Shown piece after piece: positions 29,401 through 34,469 of a stretch of 62,461 nt of DNA (positions are counted from its first letter, which is position 1; every line of letters begins with the position of its first letter). The stretch lies in IMG/VR virus record IMGVR_UViG_3300027719_000005, positions 1-62,461 of that record; one strand, 5' to 3'. This DNA comes from a virus (Duplodnaviria > Caudoviricetes). The notes beneath the pieces are model-generated. The model searched no databases. It was not told the origin of the DNA and saw only the letters and a list, made by a program, of their open reading frames with translations. The position numbers and the translations under genes were made by a program.

Positions 29401-31181
29401 ATAATCAGTGGTGGGAAGGAGGCACAAGGGGAGTTCAGGACACTATTGGAAGAGCGACCAGATGGCTATCGGCCAACTTTACATCGAAAAACCCCGCTTT
29501 TATTCCTATAAACTTACTGAGAGACTTAGGGTATTCCTCCTTATCTCATGCAATCAGGGATGATGGAAACTTTACGCTTTACGCTAAGAATATGAACAAG
29601 GCGAGAAAGGCCATTGTGAGAAACCTTAACGGCAAGTTTGATCCGAATAACGAGGGCGATAACCTTTACCAGCAATTTTTAAAGCATGGTGGGGAAACTG
29701 GATGGGTCCATCTTGATAATATTGACACTGTAAAGAAGGAGTTACTTCGCGATGTAAACAAACTAAGTAAGACAAGCGGGTTTGCTCGTAGAGTATTGGT
29801 GGATAAGATTATTAAGAACGCTGGGAAGAAATTGGAACACATGGCCGTTTTCTCTGAAAACATAAGCCGTTTTGCTACATTTTTAGCCAGCGTTGAAGCA
29901 GGTAAGACCTATACTAAGGCCGCTTACGATGCAAAAAACATCTCCGTTAACTTCAACCGGAAGGGAAGAGTAACCGGATTCTTTGGAAGTTTGTTTGCCT
30001 TCTTTAATGCCTCTGTTCAGGGTGGTAATAATATTCTGAGTATAGCCAATAAAAACAAGGGCAAATTTGCTACTACAGCCGCGCTTTTCTATGCGTTAGG
30101 AATTATGGTAGCCGCTTTACACGACTCCTTGGAGGATGACGACGAGGAAACTTACTTTGACAATAGTGACTATGTAAGAAGGAACAACCTGGTACTAAAT
30201 ATTGGAAACGGCAAATACCTATCATTGCCATTGCCTCACGGATTTAGAGGATTCTATGGGTTAGGTGATATGACCTACTCCTACATGAAAGGAAAGATGA
30301 CCGCAGGAAACATGGTGAAGGATGGGTTAAGTGCAATGGTTAGCAATCTATCCCCTGTTGATCCTGTTTCATTAGTTACAGAAGAAGGATGGGTGGATGT
30401 TAGGCCAGTAATACCCACAGTGTTTGTTCCTTTCTATGATATTGCCATGAATGCAGATTATTCAGGCCGTAGAGTTTACCGGGAGCCATTTAGCATAAAG
30501 GAGGAAAATATAGGCGCAGATAGCCAGCAATACAGAAAAGGCGTTAATCCTGTGCTTAAATCCATGTTTGATAGCTGGTTTGAATTGGGTGGTGGTGATC
30601 CTGAAACAAAAAAACAGTACTACCGCGAGGATGGGAAAACCAAAAAGGTACATGAACTATTCGATATGAACCCAAGTAAAGCAGAACACCTGCTTACATA
30701 CTACTTAGGGGGTAGAGGGAAGTTCTGGACTGATGCCGTTACATTCTCCAATAATGTAGTAAAGGAAACCTACAGTGCCGCTAAAGAAAACAGCACAATG
30801 GGCGAGGCCATACTGGATATTTACACTGGAGTAGATTTTAATAGCGCACCAGTAGCCAATAGACTTATTAAAGAGCCATACTCCTATGAGTTCCAAAAGC
30901 AGTACAGCAAACTGAAAGAGGAGTACATTATTAATAGTTCCCTTGAGAGTACATTTAAAGGGCTAAGAAGATACGAGGATGCCGCAGAGATGGTAAATGA
31001 GAAACGAACATCAATACTCATTAAGACCTCCGAGAAACGAATTAAGCAACTATACGATATGTCCATGTATGAAGGCGTAACAGAAAAGCAGTACGAGGAA
31101 TACATGAAGAAAATAGACAAGATCAAAAAGCAAACAGTTGAAAAAATAAACAGCCATGATAAAAAAAGCGGAAGAAATTAA
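14457..31181 (+). CDS. Giant polyvalent internal virion protein (DarB-like): InPase-like, N6-adenine MTase, LPD5/LPD1-like, two zincin motifs, ART-like, LPD38-like
   Basis: GNYKKGH..IENPKG..YGY..DGEQIDVF (~17.7-18.1 kb); FFPTP/LEPSAGNG/NPPF (~22.7-23.2 kb); IQDFGEKVGGARKD (23364); HEWMH (24204); YYSKPIEMLARAFE (24903); HERGVH (26988); HGT..FD..G.G..HGFGLYF (27573); NFNRKG..FFNASVQG..LPLPHGF (~29.9-30.3 kb). Confidence 0.85.
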   Translation: MSTENTIAKILAERNSKTPVNTNVDDIDKGYEEWKAQNNPSKAPEKQEDITTLNSEISSLSNRVKEYDAIDSGKNNSRATTTGMYSGGMSVLDAVKPLKETNDKYTELSKTIVQDRERLAELSKKRDAIISGSVDPIIQQVKSKKTEISDQLERSYSDLENTLNEEYDTADPLKALEYEKKRQETTRLIERKQALTLSEDYLVRMKDLANVSPDKYIQALGQGFANHDWVDIATLGLKSMEDNFNLASISKKIMAGTATEEEKVALTLYSQFNQLAATKDKPVTYDIAQSFIQSLPYMADIAISGGVRGAITKGITKGIGRTVVNLSDNVAGIVANKTAQKAVKGTIKNTAKIATQATGAIASSPLQMNMYNNFSENRLANYVIDYDNAGEVMVREAKDSENVAESMIRAMALTASATFSESSGVIFDDAFSAIGKKFSLNKLNPHFQNSLSRGFGAVKKATSLNQTFGEVGEEYINKFTDILVTNPREEDANQDEWANFFNTREGLTILGSTLITQGMFKAQYAPHLVDLAKTKSIVKENETLLPEEIRAKIVQAMSAKTANEQVDGLVNLKLGSIENPEERRSVVNYIKSKIEYDFVKGVAQGDQEIYRIRKVDDSVASIAHKESGKVVIVTETNQQDPNNEAYVIAGNIEGEKTDLVTIITSEGEKKMVSIANLSITNTVDVKELRDNLVIAELSKLEQETAQEEGIEKAESLGINAEEVPSIGEELPLPDGSTIKIVSVDTNGVSFDVLDAEGIPAMTKSLSFEEYSQMVQPTAENQPVEGGQPVISEQDTEQAPISETPKTIKTLTDGKHNLSVALDENNEGISQEVYDNLPDAEKVVNSLSKRFSKLEFNIVDQSGDDVFSPDAYVISVKPRSVKSVINQQANETIESAITPEESITPEAVVDQVSEQAEEGQIKEVTNEQDIQGQQAYPEIENQEQVKGEEIRQEEGQKPIGVDELNNTQAEELIPVDDSSIGKLNEEEIALVQSKLDDPDEPQDQKEYWVEDIEKLKTNPKKYWSEFLVQKGNTAREDQILSIQDYYNNKPIIQDLDAHVSEIDKKAEIQSEEKKVNIEPTEAQKEAGNYKKGHVTIGGFDITIENPKGSFRKGKDRSGKEWKVKMNNTYGYFKRTKGKDGEQIDVFLGENPETGRIFVVDQLGKSGKLTLFDEHKVMMGFKSEKEAKEAYKSNYSKDWDGFGAITEMSREEFKAWIGDGTRTKNPVEWKQKQKKSNPNAFLPKQAIELLKSDPNSIDEAIIQHILNGGKFSRNDYIRHSGFMDGSKELNTASFNGLINGKDQEEGMQFDTFLGTLGNDFGMNDGIDLTNAIVDVLKLSTRANLARRLIEASGTSQDNHPHLNDDYAQGLAEQEEALRLAEDELMNEVAVLFYSNYPQITNQEYAELFNFGENEYNEQRNEPTAEGDIRTVQGETGEDGGVDNAGDRQDETGSVPGIEVDGRTEGEGSAEVNPQNQVPEVGNMVESQEVDRVPDTKETIETTKKTFLFMSDSPMHQARALGVLTRNTKVDGVVMPIYQWIEGLPSGLGVGKQKIYTKNAKSDDGSVEKLVLGNYIVGSKAEQDYYNYIQTGGVSYTQFLADKKVQDEIIAEKKRIEKEAQDKIFEDKRRNDNEAYKKAKEDQIKELIEKGKQPTIDKFTESFKNKIKQLQSKPQTSAVKEEIAYNNRMIEQTISQVESSYDIATTMYEVIEGEVKPKYTFSIGDKVLFPATIDHKQTLIETVIESSRSDNNDKIIFKVAKKEGIVNPYSSYDGLRPVIDNDQSSPENKNPENVSNVDAIKSVISLQDEQETTISRLKSIAAQPQKTAKDNQDKTQLEYKLGQIEEKLNKAQALVNIPAEKLPAVTKLVRQALAEEKAIDARIESLNSQKKNKEKEFNTRNGVFGDNKEIADKAKGQQSLFAGDIFEASTNTLANTIKPINDSIAKLEEEKQRNAKILTDKVELELQGAQQEIKEEVKAEPKGDLFLKASEIIETSPKGRVLSDINELIHTAKNIQQLKQLLELPYIKQTFGLVQEVNSAINYLERHPEKQEQQVNQSEKGDFDFEALFEETPSNEVNGKQEPDNYEDWYQNSSFSKKWAATRAEAIEKVKQTYINALRTKNEWESKDYKNHGGSVEVGKNKDDFDGGNVGIDYINNKRKKDAISNAISDTEQAITDLKSLKLSQSEIDNFISSISKAEQPKVKPEFAGSVLETESKTENKTYSIPETFNLSTFSKFSTELSNGNVQVDDFKKAFNVLIESKASIIEELSKKTKAELLANMNSMGQYRYKNENKDSIVKALFSDMLMTFSFGSISYNMGETIEQAITKKVDATTQEQINDYVDETKKRREEYLERVKAHKKALSNPETLEEFKVFIKYNGIEKLSPEQKATYDDLVTDKVLENRSDDAKKGAIVEKVDLGDTEMSIAETKHTKTGIPLFVVRLSARIPEEQYKELNKKAKQLGGYYSSYAKDGAIPGFQFKTLEQAQAFSGLKTQDASNIDIKEEVKEQKVEQKISKLRENAQKIIERVDSELNRDRLTNTAKRAREAASTEARLNEEKRIAQTMLNIADAIENGDVKLLDGIKAKTHIELLDNLIKSAKYAEISSKAESYSDRQKYEGEPATLETIEYLKNGFYPSIYGTTLKDVINKVENKPGLKQLATKWSKKLSGLGEYDSYQVTNDTDISEIEQLFNGLSESDKKYNRIGTVLADFNRLKTMGIENDSMLRAALREYIQFRGKKQAPDKVKELERAIVGRAKNLGVDFFPTPAETAKMMVELAGVTEDMEILEPSAGNGNIADQIKQVGVMPDVIEISSELSEILKAKGYDVVADDFMEYTEKKYDRIIMNPPFSNGMDGDHVKHAYEILKPGGKLVAIVGEGTFIRNDKKATAFREWLEEVGGNETKLESGTFQDKTLLNTTGANARIVVIEKEGEFIDDTPDETVDKQEVVNENVSQDKKEVEQEQLEAVEPINDIQDFGEKVGGARKDMGITRTAREKDSMPAWRRKYEYANPNGTVMLIGKVDTSKPFIVNFFEEVKGMMGKHSRQIIVSEVKDGYITRNPMIFSSEEEAENYIPIYEVHRQGYKINQKGDEFVIYKRASTGKALEFDKFPTIEDAQAYINSTEGATSLLNRKRESFSIPSLERVQRTGKDYRQGKNISTDEFYNTFGFRGGEFGKWVKPEERQALLNIAYDSLMDMANLLNLPPKALSLNGELSIAFGARGIGGLEGGVKAHYEGNRAVINMTRLNGAGSLAHEWMHALDNYFGLQDAKQDYSRDDKGELISKDYFFSEVKTYKAGMRPELKKALEEILDNLVKKTVTRDIAQDAKQKLYDGFERSILGEADRLKAKLNNGVRTYKYNRKTKQREEVVVKATAEQLEKANALIDKITSGNSEKPKWQSITANSFGDYSYISDDIRALDEIYKSVFGGTGLKRNGNGYYNFGYYAEKLYHIKEELEKAKNGEQETVKIKTDLLDSSSRFDASRVSPYYSKPIEMLARAFEQYMVTKLGTEKSDYLQYDKSPVYKALYDITPYPEGEELETLNKAFDNLFSAIKTEEREDGNVVMFKANNPTFYPNAEKSLESLSDNNRTPEQWRAELLKNGAKESELNYMGWSQFVEGKRTLTKNDLTEFVNSNKVEVQEVVKQTEPLQVTKNDALKAELVDDMWYVDFGQTTVPIRKFSAETKEEAIEQAVEEYNENIGEYNTNGNTKFAQYSTPGGKNYREVLLTLPSFKLPPKADDKLRLELLFEKRKRITESENPDQEQLRIINDKIEIISNRIDESKDFRSSHFNEPNIAAHVRLSEFTDKQGRRVLLVDEVQSDWAQKGKKEGFKVPAEFNEEEFKDWYERVKTDQEPNYSDLQNDNKFYNYAKQVFLDEKQERIDRDAVPDMPFKKTDQWVGLGMKWAIQYAAKNGFDGVAWTTGEQQAERYDLSKQVDSIATKKERNGLYTILGNKNGKHVFTQIDIPENKLEGIIGKDLAKKIIDYHNEVSSGWHSFSGIDLQIGDEGMVAFYDNIIPSWVNKYAKKFDTKTTTTEIDTTPDIVEHGIDLNTGEVNKTKEYKQVHYLPISDSMVKTVMNGQPMFRSAGDVLNNSESERKFLAVQSEFNRIAELSNGAITAELVRTVDELPEVLRRNGISEKTINAISEDIKKSHISGFFLRGKAYVISDNAIDAKEAVRTLIHERGVHGGIRILIPDADTRLDFLERVYESIGEEAFNKMLLENGGHPDQYKEKSNWEKGEEYLAFLSEKIITEKDLTPKERGVWEWLKNYINNLVGKVLRFDVNSIKFTDKELAHIVRASVSANHVTTNIPSGRGRAEKETSPSSVREENRNNSVLEGSDRGDDVHDNVQYPDSRRSRCLQHIKDALGKEQLNNLPYNHGTGIKFDRFDIGKVGAGTGEKIHGFGLYFNITTLDKEVGKSYARMNTLYTPQGIQYMNDVKKDVGALAQSYLNKAFLKHHGRETKESTISALKKLLELASTDNAKTTLSSLIAYVESKPFPNDRYLVTGTIKSNRKDFNFLSWNEPLFKDQWDAIINRLKVEQFNENEFIEKIANNTYAYNIDTNTFEFNDPTGMNAYRALSEVVGGDEIASNLLSRAGIDGTIYFDNTVNDGNERIDVCLFSHEGVDIEDTVMFRHAGEYIKGATNETDLSNLEIAQELIQDRMYSVRKLQDIISKRGGKIDDFSNVYILENLAASKADAAMDSFRNKQLKEITSVIAEIMSTTGATYQEVTDYMIAKHTPERNEYFREQGRKGEKFAGELNDKEAEDIVKAFEDKIGELTTFRLWDAIRKATNFTLDKYLEYGFINKADHTHIKARWHYYIPLRGWAVKDEIDSIWDYSDKESEGSLNLMKTAKGRTSKADNPLAHIISMAHSAIVTGEKNMIKQATFRLANNNKEMKDLFVPKKVYQVITGKDSDGKDIITEVYEKPEQKLFDEGKVITKTNRSHHRFRPVNQSKQNEVTAWVNGEKVVVVFDDPRIANAINYNNQWWEGGTRGVQDTIGRATRWLSANFTSKNPAFIPINLLRDLGYSSLSHAIRDDGNFTLYAKNMNKARKAIVRNLNGKFDPNNEGDNLYQQFLKHGGETGWVHLDNIDTVKKELLRDVNKLSKTSGFARRVLVDKIIKNAGKKLEHMAVFSENISRFATFLASVEAGKTYTKAAYDAKNISVNFNRKGRVTGFFGSLFAFFNASVQGGNNILSIANKNKGKFATTAALFYALGIMVAALHDSLEDDDEETYFDNSDYVRRNNLVLNIGNGKYLSLPLPHGFRGFYGLGDMTYSYMKGKMTAGNMVKDGLSAMVSNLSPVDPVSLVTEEGWVDVRPVIPTVFVPFYDIAMNADYSGRRVYREPFSIKEENIGADSQQYRKGVNPVLKSMFDSWFELGGGDPETKKQYYREDGKTKKVHELFDMNPSKAEHLLTYYLGGRGKFWTDAVTFSNNVVKETYSAAKENSTMGEAILDIYTGVDFNSAPVANRLIKEPYSYEFQKQYSKLKEEYIINSSLESTFKGLRRYEDAAEMVNEKRTSILIKTSEKRIKQLYDMSMYEGVTEKQYEEYMKKIDKIKKQTVEKINSHDKKSGRN

Positions 31182-33120
31182 CTACAAGGTATTCACCCGA
31201 ACAAACCTTGGATTAAAAAAGCCCCAACCTGTTTCTAATGTAAGCATCCTTGAGGAAGATGTGAGCGACAACCTTCAACTACTTGAACGGTGTAGGCAGA
31301 ACTGGGAGGCGTTGAATGATTTTAGGGAGCGCAGACGAAGGGCTAGAAAGTACCAACGAGGCGATCAGTGGAGTGATGTGGTGGTTGATCCAGACAATAA
31401 GAACAAGTTCATTACCGAGTCCGACTATATTAAACGGCAGGGTAAAGTTCCGCTTAAACAGAATATCATTAGGCAACTAATGAAGAATATCATGGGGCAG
31501 TTCAGAACCTCAGAGACTAAAACTATTGCCGTGTCGAGAAAGCAAACCGACAGAGGGTTGGGGGATATGGTTAGTCAGGCCATTGAGTACGCCTCTCAAA
31601 TAAATATGATTCCTGAATTGGACGCAAGAGCATACGAGGAGTTTATGCTATCTGGTTCTTGTGTTCAAAAATTAGGGTTTGGATACCTTAAAGAGCGAGA
31701 CATGGAGGATATTATGGTATCAAACCGTAATATGAACCGAATGTTTTTTAACTCCGATGTGCAGGATATTCGCGGGAATGATTTTAGGTTAATCGGGGAA
31801 ATTGTGGATGCACCCCTTGACAGCGTTGTAGCATCATTCGCCAAAACACCCGCAGATGAAGCCCGAATTAGGGAGATATACCGAGGATCGGATAATGAAC
31901 TAATGATAAACACCCAAGGACTTACCGCGAATGAAACCGATAAGTTAAGCTGGCTTAATCCTGTAGGTACTGATAAGGTTAGACTGTTTGAAATATGGTA
32001 CCTGGAGAATGAGTGGAAAATGTACGTTAGGGATGAGGCTACGGGTATTCCATTTATGACAAAAAGGAGCGTGGCTGATTTAGCCAAAGAAAATCAGAAG
32101 AGAATTGAGATGGCTAAAAAGCAAGGTATTCCAGCCGATGAAGTACCCATGTTGCTGTACGAGAAAAGAACAGATCAGGTGTGGAAAGTTAAGTACGTTT
32201 CCCCCTCAGGCCATACTTTATTTAAAGGAGAAACACCCTATGCACATGGAGAACACCCATATATTACTTTGCTTTACCCTTTGATTGATGGAGAGGTTTG
32301 GGGATTTATTGAGGATATTATTGATCAACAAAGGTACATCAACAGGACTATTACTTTGCTTGACTTCATTATTGGAGCATCGGCCAAGGGCGTTCTGCTT
32401 GTACCCGAAACAGCCTTAGGAACATATACTCCAGAGGACTTTTCCGCACAGTACACAAAGGTTGGTGGAGTAATTATTTACACCCCAAAGCCCGGAGTAG
32501 AACCTCCAACACAAATTAGCTCTGCATCATCCAGCGCGGGAGTAAGTGAGTTAATCCAAATGCAGATGATGTTAATTCAGGATATATCAGGAGTTCATGG
32601 AGCGATTCAAGGGAAAACACCCGCATCGGGAACAGCCGCGAAACTTTATGCACAGGAGGCCTCAAACGCTTCATTGAACACTGCAGACTATATGTACGCT
32701 TTTTCGGGATGGAGAAATAGAAGGGATCGGAAAATAATGAAACTTATTCTACAGTTCTACGACTCTCCAAGAAATGTAGCCATAAGCGGAATGGTTGGAG
32801 CGAAATTCTCTGTTTATGATCCTAATTTAGTTAGGAATAGTGACTATGATATTATCACAACACAAGCACCTAACAGCTCAAACTACAGGGGATTAATTGA
32901 GGATACATTAACAGATTTGTTGAAAAATCAGTTAATAACCCTAGAAATGTACCTACAGCATACCACACTCCCATTTGCGGATCAACTTCTTGAAGATGTG
33001 AGGAACGGAAAGAACCAGATCGGAACAGGGGAGATACCAAATATGGATGGAGCAGTTCAGGGTACTAATCCTAAATCAATGGCACTGATTAATCAGATGC
33101 TTGGTAGAAATGCAGGATAA
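31156..33120 (+). CDS. Portal protein (P22-like)
   Basis: 654 aa; YQRGDQW, LKQNIIR, IIDQQRYINR, ISGVHGAIQG..SGTA motifs. Confidence 0.85.
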   Translation: MIKKAEEINYKVFTRTNLGLKKPQPVSNVSILEEDVSDNLQLLERCRQNWEALNDFRERRRRARKYQRGDQWSDVVVDPDNKNKFITESDYIKRQGKVPLKQNIIRQLMKNIMGQFRTSETKTIAVSRKQTDRGLGDMVSQAIEYASQINMIPELDARAYEEFMLSGSCVQKLGFGYLKERDMEDIMVSNRNMNRMFFNSDVQDIRGNDFRLIGEIVDAPLDSVVASFAKTPADEARIREIYRGSDNELMINTQGLTANETDKLSWLNPVGTDKVRLFEIWYLENEWKMYVRDEATGIPFMTKRSVADLAKENQKRIEMAKKQGIPADEVPMLLYEKRTDQVWKVKYVSPSGHTLFKGETPYAHGEHPYITLLYPLIDGEVWGFIEDIIDQQRYINRTITLLDFIIGASAKGVLLVPETALGTYTPEDFSAQYTKVGGVIIYTPKPGVEPPTQISSASSSAGVSELIQMQMMLIQDISGVHGAIQGKTPASGTAAKLYAQEASNASLNTADYMYAFSGWRNRRDRKIMKLILQFYDSPRNVAISGMVGAKFSVYDPNLVRNSDYDIITTQAPNSSNYRGLIEDTLTDLLKNQLITLEMYLQHTTLPFADQLLEDVRNGKNQIGTGEIPNMDGAVQGTNPKSMALINQMLGRNAG

Positions 33121-33148
33121 CTAATTGTTTAACTTAATACTATAACCA

Positions 33149-33682
33149 ATGTTAATAATCAACAAAAACGGAAACGGTTTAACCATTTTAAAAGAAGAGA
33201 ATGGAATAAACATTTTAACAACTCCGAAAATTGCGGCAATATCAGATAGAAATCTTGATAAGATTGAATCTGACGCAAGTGTATCCGCAGGAGGAAAAAC
33301 CTCAAAGAGTAAACTTACATTTTACGATGGTCAGAAATTCACCTATATGTGGGTGGAGGAACAGCTATCTGAAATGCAACTTGGAAGTTATACTGGTTCA
33401 CAGGCTGGATTAGTAATAACATCCGTTACTGCTATTGCGGGTATTGATGTAGATAACACTACAGTTATTGGCAGTGTACCTCTTCCTGCCTATGCAGAAG
33501 CAACTGTAAGTAACGGAGTTAAAGTTCATTTCCCTATTACTTGGGATGATGGCACCCCTGACTACGATGGGGCAACTGCTGGAGAGTATGTTTTTTCTGG
33601 TACTCTAACCATGCCAACCGGAATAACTAACCCGAATAGTATAAAAGCATCAGTCACGGTGACAGTAGGTACCGTTGAATAA
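33149..33682 (+). CDS. Virion protein with bacterial Ig-like (Big_4-type) domain
   Basis: LPAYAEAT..PITW..AGEYVFSGTL..ASVTVTV. Confidence 0.7.
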   Translation: MLIINKNGNGLTILKEENGINILTTPKIAAISDRNLDKIESDASVSAGGKTSKSKLTFYDGQKFTYMWVEEQLSEMQLGSYTGSQAGLVITSVTAIAGIDVDNTTVIGSVPLPAYAEATVSNGVKVHFPITWDDGTPDYDGATAGEYVFSGTLTMPTGITNPNSIKASVTVTVGTVE

Positions 33683-33715
33683 ATAAAAAACCCCTCTTTG
33701 GAGGGGTTTTTTATT
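33682..33715 (+). terminator. Rho-independent terminator
   Basis: AATAAAAAACCCCTC-tttg-GAGGGGTTTTTTATT. Confidence 0.88.
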
Positions 33716-33723
33716 ATTATAAT

Positions 33724-33731
33724 TAACTTTG
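33724..33731 (+). promoter_or_regulatory. Bacteroidota -7 promoter motif
   Basis: TAACTTTG 16 nt upstream of ATG 33748. Confidence 0.5.
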
Positions 33732-33747
33732 TTTGAATAAAAATACC

Positions 33748-34086
33748 ATGATGAACAAATTTCTAAGCATTGTATTTATTGTTTTTGTTGTTGCAATAGC
33801 ATTTTCTTTCAGTTTTGTTGATCTTAAAATACCTGTATTCACATGGAAGGATATTGCATTGATGGCGTTATTTTATGTTGCGATATGGGTAGCCTCTATG
33901 TTGCTGGTAAGTATATTTACAGAGGAAAGCAACCCTAAAAACACTATTACTATTCCTCTGACAATGTTTTTTATTATGCTATCGTTCCCATTTTTTAAAA
34001 CAGGGGGATACTTTATAATAACTGGAATACTTTGCAGTATTAACGCCTTAATATCCCCCTATATTATTATTAAAAGGGAGGATTAA
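33748..34086 (+). CDS. Small multi-TM membrane protein (moron-like)
   Basis: About four hydrophobic segments; own promoter motif after a terminator. Confidence 0.6.
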   Translation: MMNKFLSIVFIVFVVAIAFSFSFVDLKIPVFTWKDIALMALFYVAIWVASMLLVSIFTEESNPKNTITIPLTMFFIMLSFPFFKTGGYFIITGILCSINALISPYIIIKRED

Positions 34087-34445
34087 TACACTTTTTCGTT
34101 TTTAAACTCTTTTACTTCCCAATCCTCGGCCAGCATATCGGTTTGAGATGCTAACCAACCAGTAACGATAGATTTTGATGCTGATACCATGTTGATGTTC
34201 GGGAGTCTTGTAATGGTATTTTCATCCCCAGGCACAAATAATCCTAATTTTACTCCATCCATAGAACTACCATGATCAGGAGAAATTTGCTCTCCATTTT
34301 CAAACCCTAGTAGTTTATGATCGAATGATCCTTTATTCAGGTATATGTACATACCTTTTCCATTCCAACCTTGTCGGGCAACACATTCCCCTTTTTTAAG
34401 GAGTTCTAATGCCTGACCAAATGTTAATGATTTTACTTCGCTCAT
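34083..34445 (-). CDS. tad2: DUF2829 family protein, Tad2-like (Thoeris anti-defence sponge)
   Basis: TFGQALELLKKG..VARQGWNGKGMY...WLASQTDMLAEDW signature. Confidence 0.8.
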   Translation of the reverse strand: MSEVKSLTFGQALELLKKGECVARQGWNGKGMYIYLNKGSFDHKLLGFENGEQISPDHGSSMDGVKLGLFVPGDENTITRLPNINMVSASKSIVTGWLASQTDMLAEDWEVKEFKNEKVY

Positions 34446-34469
34446 TTTGATAAAGTATTAAGTTAGTAT

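Noticed and set aside
14546-32087. Many minus-strand ORFs within the giant gene and portal
   Set aside because: Antisense shadows of the coding frame with S/L/F-rich composition and no start context.
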